64,000 nucleotides of DNA from positions 1,120,001-1,184,000 of the forward strand of contig CAXXIA010000002.1 in assembly GCA_963666985.2 (NCBI GenBank), in the 5' to 3' direction. Of this stretch, positions 38,767 to 48,399 are shown piece by piece; position 1 is the stretch's first letter, and each line of letters begins with the position of its first letter. The notes beneath the pieces are model-generated. The model saw nothing but the letters and a program-made list of their open reading frames with translations, ran no database searches and had not been told where the DNA came from. This DNA is from Spirochaetia bacterium. GTDB taxonomy: Bacteria > Spirochaetota > Spirochaetia > DSM-2461. Made by a program: the position numbers and the translations under genes.

Positions 38767-40191
38767 TTATGCGCCGCTCAGTGATTCACGGCACATTGCG
38801 GCAACCTCCGACAAAGCCTTTTCATGCTTTTCAACGTAGTAGCCGGCATTGAGCCGGAGAAATTGGTGGAAATCACGGCTCATGGTGAACATGGGTCCTA
38901 TGGCTATGGAAATTCCCTTTTCTCTTGCCTTGCGGTAGAGTTCGACGGTATCAATGCCGCGAGGCAGTTCAACCCAGGTTGTCATGCCGCCCGAGGGATT
39001 CGTCATCCGCGTTCCTTCGGGAAACTCATCACGAACCTGCCGGATCAATCGGCACATATTATCATTCAGAGCCCGCCTGAGTTTTCTTAAATGTCTGTCG
39101 TAACGTCCGGAATCCAGATATTCGGTCAGGGCCTGTACGGAAGGCGCCGGGGGCGTAATGGAAAACGTGGCTTTGAGTCTTTCGATGTCTTCGGACCAGC
39201 GTCCGCCGCGCACCCAGCCTATACGCAGTCCCGCCGAGACGGTCTTTGAAACGGAACTGCAGTGAATAACCGTTCCGTCGGAATCGAAAGCGGCCAGAGG
39301 CGCGGGCCGTTTGGCTCCGAAATGAAGCTCTCCGTAAATATCATCCTCGATAAGAGCCGCGCCGGCCGCCGACACCAGCGAAACCAAACGTGTTTTTCGT
39401 TCATCCGACATCAGGCTACCGGTCGGATTATGAAAATTCGACGTGCTGAGCACGGCCTTGACCGAATGAGTGTCCAGAACATACTCAAGAACGTCGAGCT
39501 GCATGCCCGTATCCGGATCGGCGGGGATTTCAACGACTTTGATTCCCATGCGTTCGATGAGTCGAAAAAATATAAAATATGTGGGAGACTCCACGGCCAC
39601 GGTATCGCCGCGGGTGCATGTGGCAAGAAGCGCCAAAGAGACGGCCTCCATACAGCCGGCGGTTATCACAAGATCCTCGCTCGCCGCATCAACGCCGACG
39701 GCCATCAAACGCCGAGCGATATGCGTCCTCAAATCCCGAGTAAAGCCCTTGAACTGATAGCCGAGTGTTTCATGAGGTCTGTAACGAAGAGCGTGAATCA
39801 ACGCCCGTTCAACATCCGGAAGAGGCAGGAGATTATGATCGGTAAGGGCCAAAGCAAGGGAAACGTAATCCGAATTCACAGAATCCCTCATGACCTGATG
39901 AACAATGTCGGGAACGGTCACCATCGTCGGAACCGGGTCCGAAGTTTGCGGATGACGGGGAGTCTCCACCGGTATGGCAACATAAAAACCGGCCTGAGGG
40001 CGTGCTTTTAGAATTCCGCGGCTTTCCAGCAGAAGATACGCCTCACGGACCGTATTCACACTTACCGAAAGCGAAGCGGACAGGGCCCGAAGCGAGGGGA
40101 TTTTCTCTCCGGGTCCATACATTCCGTCGGTAATCATGGATTGAATACGATCCGCAACCTTCCGGTAAAGAACGTCCTTCGTATCGGTCAT
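38767..40191 (-). CDS. MocR/GabR family regulator (GntR HTH + PLP aminotransferase domain)
   Basis: PGEKIPSLR..S..L.VSVNTV..AY..LE..G; ESPTY, FHNPTG, IEDDIY, SVSKT..AGLRIGW. Confidence 0.95.
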   Translation of the reverse strand: MTDTKDVLYRKVADRIQSMITDGMYGPGEKIPSLRALSASLSVSVNTVREAYLLLESRGILKARPQAGFYVAIPVETPRHPQTSDPVPTMVTVPDIVHQVMRDSVNSDYVSLALALTDHNLLPLPDVERALIHALRYRPHETLGYQFKGFTRDLRTHIARRLMAVGVDAASEDLVITAGCMEAVSLALLATCTRGDTVAVESPTYFIFFRLIERMGIKVVEIPADPDTGMQLDVLEYVLDTHSVKAVLSTSNFHNPTGSLMSDERKTRLVSLVSAAGAALIEDDIYGELHFGAKRPAPLAAFDSDGTVIHCSSVSKTVSAGLRIGWVRGGRWSEDIERLKATFSITPPAPSVQALTEYLDSGRYDRHLRKLRRALNDNMCRLIRQVRDEFPEGTRMTNPSGGMTTWVELPRGIDTVELYRKAREKGISIAIGPMFTMSRDFHQFLRLNAGYYVEKHEKALSEVAAMCRESLSGA

Positions 40192-40362
40192 GCCTCCAAT
40201 CTAGGCTTTCGGCAAGAAAAAAAACAGGGGGCAATTTTACAGTCCCGGAAAGGACACAGTTTTTGCTGCCGACGCCTGAACCCTGAATTTCAATCGGGAC
40301 TGCATCCGTACATCCGGCCGCCGTACCTATACAGTAGGAACAGCATCCCTCGGAGGTGAAAA

Positions 40363-40608
40363 ATGCGGACTGCCGAAGGAATTTTTACTCTGCACGATAT
40401 TTTCAGACGCCCTCTCCATATCCGGAGCACCGAAGGCGTTTTGGTTGTAACCCGAGAACACGACGCTGAGGATTATATTCTTACCGAAGGCGGAGGCATC
40501 ACCCTCCGGCCGAAAGGTCTGCTGGCCATACGCGGGCTGACCGAAACGGCCGGGGCGAAAATTACGGGCGGACGATGGGGCGAACGCGGTATGGAAATCC
40601 GCTTGTAA
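40363..40608 (+). CDS. DUF2917-like small beta protein, divergent from MocR
   Basis: I...EG.L.VT.E.D.EDYIL..G..I.L....L.AI.GL pattern; GGAGGTGA RBS. Confidence 0.65.
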   Translation: MRTAEGIFTLHDIFRRPLHIRSTEGVLVVTREHDAEDYILTEGGGITLRPKGLLAIRGLTETAGAKITGGRWGERGMEIRL

Positions 40609-40735
40609 ACATTCATGATGAATTATCCGTAAATGCCTCGCGAACATGCAATTCCGGGGATGCCTCATACAAAATACGGCGTTATCATGGAGAAACTATC
40701 GGCAGCACCGAATGATCTGCCGACCGGAGGTTTTC

Positions 40736-41863
40736 ATGCCCGATTTCATTTCGCCCGTACGCATCGGCATCGTCGGTCTCGGGAACATGGGGGCGATACA
40801 CGCGGGATATCTCGTCGACGGACTCGTGCCCAACGCGGTTCTTTCGGCGGTGTGCGACGCGTCCACGGACAGACTTTCCGCCTTTCCGGATGCCGCGCAT
40901 TTCACCGATTCCGGGGAGATGTACCGCTCAGGACTCATTGATGCCGTTCTTATCGCCGTTCCCCACCCTTTTCACACCCCTCTGGCGGTGGCGGCAATCG
41001 AAGAAGGACTGCATCTTTTGGTGGAAAAGCCCTTGGGGATCCACAAAAACGACTGCCTCACCACAATCCGTGCTTACGAGAAGCGGCCTCGCAAAGAGCA
41101 AATCTTCGGCGTAATGTTCAACCAGCGGACCCGGCCCATCTACGCAAAGCTCAAATCGATGATAGCCGGCGGAGAACTGGGAGAGATTCACCGCGTCAAC
41201 TGGATTATCACCGATTGGTTCCGATCCGAAGCTTATTACAAGTCCGGAGGATGGCGCGCCACCTGGAAAGGGGAAGGCGGGGGAGTAATGCTGAATCAAT
41301 GCCCGCATCAGCTGGACCTGATGGCCTGGCTCTTCGGCATGCCCTCACGAGTTCGCGCCTTCGGAAGCCTCGGGAAATATCATAACATCGAAGTGGAAGA
41401 CGAGCTGACCGCATATCTGGAATACCCCTCCGGAGCCACCGGTGTCTTCATCGCCTCAACGGGGGAAGCCCCGGGTACGAACCGTTTGGAAATCGCCGCC
41501 GAAATGGGCCGCATCGTCATCGAAAACGATACGGTGGAATGGATCAGAAACGAAATTGCGGCTTCCGAGTTTTCCGCCGCGACGGATACACGCTTGGATA
41601 AACCGCCGTCGAAAGCTGTTGAGATCATCATCGGCAAGCAGGATGTTCCCGATCATGTCGCGGCGACACGGAGCTTCGTCGCGGCGATTCAAGGAACGGG
41701 CGATCTGGTCGCCCGCGGAGAGGAGGGTTTGAATTCGGTGGAGCTGGCGAACGCCATGCTCTTCAGCGCCCTGCGGAACCGAACCGTTGATTTTCCCCTG
41801 GACGGAGATGAATACGAGTCTCTTTTGAAGGAACTCATTACCGCATCGGAAAAGCATCAATAA
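40736..41863 (+). CDS. Gfo/Idh/MocA family oxidoreductase
   Basis: GIVGLGNMG, HLLVEKP, GGGVMLNQCPHQLD. Confidence 0.93.
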   Translation: MPDFISPVRIGIVGLGNMGAIHAGYLVDGLVPNAVLSAVCDASTDRLSAFPDAAHFTDSGEMYRSGLIDAVLIAVPHPFHTPLAVAAIEEGLHLLVEKPLGIHKNDCLTTIRAYEKRPRKEQIFGVMFNQRTRPIYAKLKSMIAGGELGEIHRVNWIITDWFRSEAYYKSGGWRATWKGEGGGVMLNQCPHQLDLMAWLFGMPSRVRAFGSLGKYHNIEVEDELTAYLEYPSGATGVFIASTGEAPGTNRLEIAAEMGRIVIENDTVEWIRNEIAASEFSAATDTRLDKPPSKAVEIIIGKQDVPDHVAATRSFVAAIQGTGDLVARGEEGLNSVELANAMLFSALRNRTVDFPLDGDEYESLLKELITASEKHQ

Positions 41864-41888
41864 AAGGCCGAAGAAGGAGAATGGAAGC

Positions 41889-42968
41889 ATGAGCAGAGAC
41901 GGCATGAACTATACGCCGGAGATGACCGTAACAAAACATGTCGTGGAACCCGGCGAATTCATCTTCGCCGCCTCCCATTTCGACCACGGACATATCTACG
42001 CTCAGATAGCCGGACTTGAATCCGCCGGAGGGATTCTGAAATACATCTTTGAGCCGAATCCGGACAAGATTGAGAACGTGGTGCGAAATCATCCCGGAGT
42101 AACCGTTGTTCGGGACTTTCGCGAGATTCTCGATGACAAAGACGTAAAATTAGTAACTTCGGCGGCCGTTCCGAACCTTCGATGCGGTATTGGAATGAAC
42201 GTTATGGAAGCGGGTAAAGATTATTTTACCGACAAGGCGCCGTTCACGACACCTGATCAGCTGGCTGCGGCCCGAAAGGCCGTAAAGCGAACCGGAAAAA
42301 AGTACATGGTCTGCTATTCGGAACGTCTTCTCAACGAATCGGCGTGGCACGCGGGCGAACTGATCCGCGACGGCGCCGTCGGCCGGGTGCTTCAAGTGCT
42401 GAACCTGGCTCCGCATAATCTGGCCCCGTCCACGAGGCCGGAATGGTTTTTTAAGAAAGAGGCCTGCGGCGGCATCCTGAACGACATCGGTTCCCATCAG
42501 GTGGAGCAGTTTCTTACTTACGCGGATGCCGCCGACGGGACATTGAATTTCGCCCGTACCGCCAACCTCGATACTCCCGAATACCCGGAATTCGAAGATT
42601 TCGGAGAAATGTCTCTGACACTAAACACCGGCGCTTCGGCCTACTGCCGCCTCGACTGGTTCAATCCCGCCGGTTCAAGAACCTGGGGAGACGGTCGTAC
42701 GTTTGTTTTGGGCACCGAAGGTTATCTGGAAATCCGTAAATACGTCGATGTCGCCCGCGGCGAGGGGGATAAGATTCTCCTCGTGGACGGCAAGGGGGAA
42801 ACGGAAATCGATTGCCGGGGAAAAGTGGGCTTCCCGTTCTTCGGCCGGCTCATCCTGGATGTGCTGGAAAGAACGGAAAACGCCATGACTCAGGAGCACG
42901 CCTTCAAAGCGGCAGAACTCTCTCTGGCCGCGCAGGCCGCGGCGGATTCCGTGCGGGGCGCCGTTTAG
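41889..42968 (+). CDS. Gfo/Idh/MocA family oxidoreductase
   Basis: DHGHIY, GKDYFTDKAP, GGILNDIGSHQ.EQFL, TWGDGR. Confidence 0.9.
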   Translation: MSRDGMNYTPEMTVTKHVVEPGEFIFAASHFDHGHIYAQIAGLESAGGILKYIFEPNPDKIENVVRNHPGVTVVRDFREILDDKDVKLVTSAAVPNLRCGIGMNVMEAGKDYFTDKAPFTTPDQLAAARKAVKRTGKKYMVCYSERLLNESAWHAGELIRDGAVGRVLQVLNLAPHNLAPSTRPEWFFKKEACGGILNDIGSHQVEQFLTYADAADGTLNFARTANLDTPEYPEFEDFGEMSLTLNTGASAYCRLDWFNPAGSRTWGDGRTFVLGTEGYLEIRKYVDVARGEGDKILLVDGKGETEIDCRGKVGFPFFGRLILDVLERTENAMTQEHAFKAAELSLAAQAAADSVRGAV

Positions 42969-43103
42969 GACTTTGCAACGTTAATCCCGGCCATGCAGGG
43001 TTGCCGCGGAGACCGCGCCGGGCTCCGCGGAGAACTTAAAACCGCAATGAATCCGGCCGGTTTCATCAATTGTTTACGCGGCCCATTATTTACACGGCCC
43101 ATC

Positions 43104-44954
43104 CTATTTTTCGCCGGGAAGATCTCCGAGCAGGCGTTCCAATTCGGAAAGATGCCGACTGACACCCGATGCATTTCCGGCAAGCGCCGCCGCTTCGGCC
43201 TGTTCCGCGGCGGGAAGTGCTCTCAGCGCGATTCCCGCATATCGGCCGTTCCTCCCTTCGGCGACGCCTTTAAGCTGAAGCTCTATCGTCCGAATCATCC
43301 CGACGGAATCCCGAAGAGAAGCTTCGGCGGCACAAGCGATGTTGCCGTGAGTCCATTCCAATGCGCCGCGGGCCCAAGATTCCGGATCGGAAGGCCGAAA
43401 AGCGGCAAGTCCCGCCGGCGGAGCCTGTTTCATTTTCAGTTTCTTCGGCAGACGTTCCGCCGCTTCACCGTAATAAAACGCCGAATCCGGTACGGCACCC
43501 ATGGAAACAAAGACGTTCCCTCTATGATCCGGAACAATAAGGGCGCTGGAAGAACTCCGAAGAGGGACTTCATGTAAAAGCGATCCGTCGGAAGGATTCA
43601 AAGCGACAAGAACATTGGAATAGGGAATATTGGCGATACGTCCCTTCGCTTTAATCCGGTATCCGTAATCCAGAGCGGCCCATAAAATCCCCGGCGTGGT
43701 TACAAGAACGCAATCGACGGAATTGCTGCGGACCAGCGGCGGCGCGGCGGGTACGCTTTTTCGGACAAGATCGGAATAATCCCGCTTCCAAAGGATTTCT
43801 CCGGATCTCCCGTTCAAAGCGATGATGGTTCCCTTCTTCTTGTTCGTATACGTAAAAACCGTTCCGTTTTGCCCCACCGACGGGGATGCGACGGCATCGA
43901 TACCCGAAACCTCCCACACCACCGATCCGTCTTTCGAATCGAAGGCGTACATCGTACCTCCGTCGTCGGCGGCATAAACAAGCCGGCCGTCGGGACTCAA
44001 AGCGGGGCTCGTCCCGCTCCCCGGCCCTACCGAAGTTTCGAATGCGATAACGGCTCCTTCGGGAGTCACATCAATTCCGTAAAGACTGCCCGAACTTTCG
44101 TTCCGGCCTGCCGCGATAATATAGATCCGGCCCGTACCGGGATGAACCGCGGGTGTGTTGGCCACCTCAATCTCTCGGCCGAAAAACAAATCCCAAAGAG
44201 GCCGGATATAATCGGGATCAACCAAACCGCCGCCCAAAACCCCCGCGGGCACAGGCTCGGAAGGAGGTCCTTTTTCTCCGGGAAGATCCAGAGGACTCCC
44301 ATGAACCGAACCGCTGTTCTTATCGACAAGAAGGACTTGACCGTCCGTGGTTATCCCCCCGACAAGAGACTCTCCGACAAATTGCGCGGTAATGAAATTC
44401 CCCGTTACACCGGCGTCCGCGAAGGCGATTTCCCAGCGAGTTTTTCCGCCGGAATCCAAGGAATAAAACGACCGTCCGTCCGCAAAATAAATATTCCCGT
44501 CCGGATCGGAAACAGGCGGATTAATCAGGATTCCGGCCTCGAAGTCGGCGCTTTCCCATGCCGAACGTCCGTCCGGATAAAAAACATGCAGTGAAGCGGT
44601 TCCGCCGCCTTGCCCCGTCGTAACATATAACTTCCCGTCGGGCCCGATGTGGGGTCCGCCCAAGATCGACGCGCCGTCCAGAGCGTACCAGGCAAGCTCC
44701 AAATCCGGTACCGCGTAAAACGGAGAAAAATCGGAATTCCGGGAATCCCTATGCAGAGCCGGCCAAGCCGTATGGGCATATCCGGGACCCGGAGAAAAAT
44801 CCCGCGCCAGAGCCGGTGCCGTCCAATCCGCATCTTGAGACGCGGAACACGATGAAAATCCGAGAAAAACTGTCAATGAAAAAAGAAGAACCGGAATACC
44901 GGCGTTCAGCAGAAAAGCTTGAGCACGCCGGACCGGGGGCGCGGTCCGTTTCAT
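43104..44954 (-). CDS. PQQ-like beta-propeller lipoprotein
   Basis: FSSC lipobox; repeated D..G...W units, SGTSPALSPDG..VY.AD, ALN..SG..LW. Confidence 0.8.
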   Translation of the reverse strand: MKRTAPPVRRAQAFLLNAGIPVLLFSLTVFLGFSSCSASQDADWTAPALARDFSPGPGYAHTAWPALHRDSRNSDFSPFYAVPDLELAWYALDGASILGGPHIGPDGKLYVTTGQGGGTASLHVFYPDGRSAWESADFEAGILINPPVSDPDGNIYFADGRSFYSLDSGGKTRWEIAFADAGVTGNFITAQFVGESLVGGITTDGQVLLVDKNSGSVHGSPLDLPGEKGPPSEPVPAGVLGGGLVDPDYIRPLWDLFFGREIEVANTPAVHPGTGRIYIIAAGRNESSGSLYGIDVTPEGAVIAFETSVGPGSGTSPALSPDGRLVYAADDGGTMYAFDSKDGSVVWEVSGIDAVASPSVGQNGTVFTYTNKKKGTIIALNGRSGEILWKRDYSDLVRKSVPAAPPLVRSNSVDCVLVTTPGILWAALDYGYRIKAKGRIANIPYSNVLVALNPSDGSLLHEVPLRSSSSALIVPDHRGNVFVSMGAVPDSAFYYGEAAERLPKKLKMKQAPPAGLAAFRPSDPESWARGALEWTHGNIACAAEASLRDSVGMIRTIELQLKGVAEGRNGRYAGIALRALPAAEQAEAAALAGNASGVSRHLSELERLLGDLPGEK

Positions 44955-45157
44955 GAACACCTCCAGAGTAATCTATCCCGCTTCAACAGGAAAACAAGTT
45001 TTCCTCACATACGAAGCCGTTTCCGCATAGGCCGCCATTGCGCAAGCGGCTTAAGCGACGACTTTTGGCGGCAGCCGAAAACACAGCTTCACGGGCCGTC
45101 CTGAGAAAACCGCCGACCATCCCCCCGCGGGTAGCATTCTTGAACGGAGCCATCGAA

Positions 45158-45694
45158 TCAGACCAGTTCTCCAAGTTTCTCCAAAAACTCTTGAAACCGC
45201 CCCTGATCGCGGAAATCCATCAGTCCGTCTTCCTGATATTGATCCTTGGCCATGGCCTTTATCGTTCCGCCGATACGCTTTTTAAGCCCTTCGGGCAAAC
45301 CTTCACCGGGTCGAAAATCGATAACGGGACCGATGGGCTCTGAGAAAACAGGTTTCAGGCCGATACGGCCGATTTTTTTATCAAGAAACTTCTCGCGCGC
45401 TTTTTCGGATGCTTCAATAGCCATACCGCAGGCAATAAACACAACCGTTTGAACTCCCGCTCTCCGGCACTTTCCCAAAAACCGCTTAACCGCGCCGATC
45501 CAGCTGAACATCGCTATGCTCGAACCGGCGACAACAAGATCGTATTCTTCAAGTTTGGCGGACGGCCGCCCTTTCTTCAGATCTACAACCTCAACCTGCA
45601 CGCCCTTCTTTCCGAGAAACTCCGCGATATCCTGCGCAATAATGCGGGCCGAACCGTACCGAGTTCCGTAAGCTACCAGGATTTTCTTCGACAT
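45158..45694 (-). CDS. Flavodoxin-domain protein (HemG-like)
   Basis: LVAYGTRYGS...IA..IA, YDLVVAGSSI, C-terminal DFRD. Confidence 0.85.
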   Translation of the reverse strand: MSKKILVAYGTRYGSARIIAQDIAEFLGKKGVQVEVVDLKKGRPSAKLEEYDLVVAGSSIAMFSWIGAVKRFLGKCRRAGVQTVVFIACGMAIEASEKAREKFLDKKIGRIGLKPVFSEPIGPVIDFRPGEGLPEGLKKRIGGTIKAMAKDQYQEDGLMDFRDQGRFQEFLEKLGELV

Positions 45695-46035
45695 AGGTCT
45701 TCCCTCCATGCTCCGGTTGGAACTTTTGTTGATTAAGGCAATTTCATAATTCATGAAATTGCTTGTACCCGATGGCCAAAACCCCTCTGAATTCGTTTTA
45801 GAAGGGCTTTATTTCAAAAATCAACAATTTTTGAAATCGTCTTGATTATAACACGAATCGGTTCGATTAATAAAATGAGCTTACATCCCCGATAAGGTCC
45901 GCCGAATAACCCGTTTGCGGATAAAAAAAACAGCCGTAAAGTATGCGGTGATTCAAAAATGTCTTTTTTCCTCTCAACATCTCTTCACTTATATACGTAT
46001 CCTCCGTCTATACTGAAAAGAAGGAGAGATTAGGT

Positions 46036-46353
46036 ATGAAAAGGATATTCATCATCATTTCGGTATTCGCTCTTGCGGCATTGGTTCTTTCAGGGTGCGC
46101 CCCGGGGCCGAACGGCATGGCGAATACATCCGGCTCGGACGGCGAGATTGCCGGATTCTGGCGCGGACTCTGGCACGGCTTCGCCTCGCCGGTGATGTTC
46201 ATCATCTCGCTCTTTAACGAAAAGGTTGAAGTCTTCGAGGTTCACAACAACGGAGGCTGGTACAGCTTCGGATTTCTGATGGGAGCAAGCATTATTTTCG
46301 GCGGCAGCGGCGGAAGCGCCTGCGGGAAAAAACGCCGCCGTAATTGCGATTAA
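46036..46353 (+). CDS. Small conserved membrane lipoprotein
   Basis: LSGC lipobox; AGFW.GLWHG, EVHNNGGWY.FGF. Confidence 0.75.
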   Translation: MKRIFIIISVFALAALVLSGCAPGPNGMANTSGSDGEIAGFWRGLWHGFASPVMFIISLFNEKVEVFEVHNNGGWYSFGFLMGASIIFGGSGGSACGKKRRRNCD

Positions 46354-46496
46354 ACCTTAAACGATACCGTTCGCGGCACTGTCGGCCGCGGACGGACGTC
46401 CCGAAATCCGCCGCGCGCCAATCTTAAAAAGCGCTACCGAACTCAAGTAAGACGAGTTATAATATTACAACTTCCAAATCAGTGAGGTATGCCGCC

Positions 46497-47570
46497 ATGC
46501 GCACCGATTTCGACTTCCCCTTATCCGACGGAACCGTCATGAAAAGCTACGCATGGGGGGCACCGGCCCTCGGGACCGCGGGAGACTCCGGGGACATTGG
46601 CGCCGGTAACACGATTGATAAAGCGGATGCCTCATATAAAGCGCCCGATACCGCAGCAGCCCCTCCCGCCGACTCACACACCGCCTCACCCACTACCGCT
46701 GCCGCCCTCCCAAAAGCCGTGCTCCTGATAATCCACGGTTCCCTGGAACACGCCCTGCGCTACGAACCCTTCGCCGAATTCATCGCCTCAAAAGGCTTCG
46801 CCGTCTATTCCGCAGACCTCCGCGGACACGGCCGGACCATCCGAAGCGAAAAGGAACTGAACTATTTCACCGACGGCCCGAACGGCTGGAATCTCGTTCT
46901 GGACGACCTTCAAGCTTTCAGTGCCCGCATCCGCGAAACCTATCCCAAAACGCCGCTCTTCGTTCTCGGCCACAGCATGGGAAGCTTCCTGGCCCGATGC
47001 CTGGCGGTCCGCACGGGCAAAGACATGGCCGGACTCATTCTCTCCGGCACCGGCGGCGCACCGGCGGCCCTTCTTCGCGGAGGCCTTGCTCTGGCCGCCC
47101 TTTCCATGGCCCTCGGCATCCGGAAAAAACGCAACCCCTTCCTGCACAAACTGGTCTACGGAACCCTGAACAACGCCATCGAGAATCCTCAAACCCCCTC
47201 GGACTTCATCAGCCGCGATCCCGAAACGGTCCGCGCCTATCTGGCCGATCCTCTTTCCGGGGAAACCGCCACAACCGAATACATCTTTGAAATGATCAAA
47301 GGATTTCTATTAGCCATGAAGCGCTCCACCTACCGCGCCACACCGAAAAATCTTCCCATCCTCATGTTCTCCGGTGAAAAAGACCCCGTGGCCGGTCCCA
47401 AAGGAGACGCCGCGGTGCTTAAAGACGCCCATCAGGCCTACGCCCAAGCCGGCATCGGCGACCTTACGTTAAAGATTTATCCCGAAGCCCGCCACGAAAT
47501 GCTGAACGAAATCAACCGCGCCGAAGTCTACGCGGACGTCCTGGAATGGATGGAAAAACATATCTCCTAA
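46497..47570 (+). CDS. Alpha/beta hydrolase (lysophospholipase-like)
   Basis: HGSLEH..RY, DLRGHG, GHSMG, GEKDP, ARHE.LNE. Confidence 0.92.
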   Translation: MRTDFDFPLSDGTVMKSYAWGAPALGTAGDSGDIGAGNTIDKADASYKAPDTAAAPPADSHTASPTTAAALPKAVLLIIHGSLEHALRYEPFAEFIASKGFAVYSADLRGHGRTIRSEKELNYFTDGPNGWNLVLDDLQAFSARIRETYPKTPLFVLGHSMGSFLARCLAVRTGKDMAGLILSGTGGAPAALLRGGLALAALSMALGIRKKRNPFLHKLVYGTLNNAIENPQTPSDFISRDPETVRAYLADPLSGETATTEYIFEMIKGFLLAMKRSTYRATPKNLPILMFSGEKDPVAGPKGDAAVLKDAHQAYAQAGIGDLTLKIYPEARHEMLNEINRAEVYADVLEWMEKHIS

Positions 47571-47831
47571 AGCTTTCTTAGGATGATCCCCAAAGCCGAT
47601 CGGAACATTCCTTCGGTTTTCGAAACAAGGCCGCTTCGGGCGAGAAGCAGTAAACCGCCATAATACGCTGCCCGGCAAATCATCTCGCCTTCCGTGAAAA
47701 GCCGCCGCCATAATATGCGGCCCGGCGAAACGCCTTATGCACCTCCGAGGCCGCCGATCATACAGCCCTGCCGTTCCGCTGCGTCCGCCGGCGGCTTCAC
47801 ACCGAACGAGTCTTCCCGCGCCGGGCCGCTC

Positions 47832-48287
47832 TTACCCGCGATTGCTCTTCCCTGTTATCGAATCGATGAAAATCCCGAAAACACGCGTTTTTTCGAAAAG
47901 TTTCTCAATATACCGCATGCCCGCCTCGTAATGCCCGCCCGAATACTTGAGAACCAGAGCTTCCAAGGCACGGCGCTTCTCATCGCCCAAAGCTTCGGCG
48001 GCCGTCCCTCGAACGATGCAGCTCTCATAGAGCGTCGTAAACTTCTCCGGAAGAACCTCCGTCCGTCCGACAGCGCAAAAAGACACTTCGGGGTTCGCCT
48101 CGATGCATTCAATCTTGAAGCCTTCGACGGCGCAGTGGAAATAAACGCGTTCTTCAACAACACAGTAATTCAGCGGCACCGTATACGGCGCGCCGTCCTT
48201 CGCCACCGCTCCGAGAATCCCGTAGTCCCCTCTTTCCAGGAGATCCATGGCTTGTTCTTCATTAAGCTCTCTGTCGCTTCTTCTCAT
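47832..48287 (-). CDS. Pyridoxamine 5'-phosphate oxidase-like / NimA-family flavin-binding protein
   Basis: MRRSDRE, PY.VPLNY, YFHCA.EG.K, FTT.YESC...G, ITGK. Confidence 0.9.
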   Translation of the reverse strand: MRRSDRELNEEQAMDLLERGDYGILGAVAKDGAPYTVPLNYCVVEERVYFHCAVEGFKIECIEANPEVSFCAVGRTEVLPEKFTTLYESCIVRGTAAEALGDEKRRALEALVLKYSGGHYEAGMRYIEKLFEKTRVFGIFIDSITGKSNRG

Positions 48288-48399
48288 CCGCTCTCCAACA
48301 CTTCCGTCTGATGACACTTTCGAAAGGTAACACCGTTTCCGTGGGTTTTTCACGTAACCCGTAATACAGTTGAATATTATGAATCCTGGGAGGTCTCCG

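Noticed and set aside
40370..40520. Repeated CCGAAGG resembling glycine-riboswitch cores
   Set aside because: Lies inside the DUF2917-like CDS (T/A-E-G codons); other aptamer motifs are missing
47832..48287. Calling this a nim metronidazole-resistance gene
   Set aside because: The family is widespread; resistance cannot be inferred from motifs
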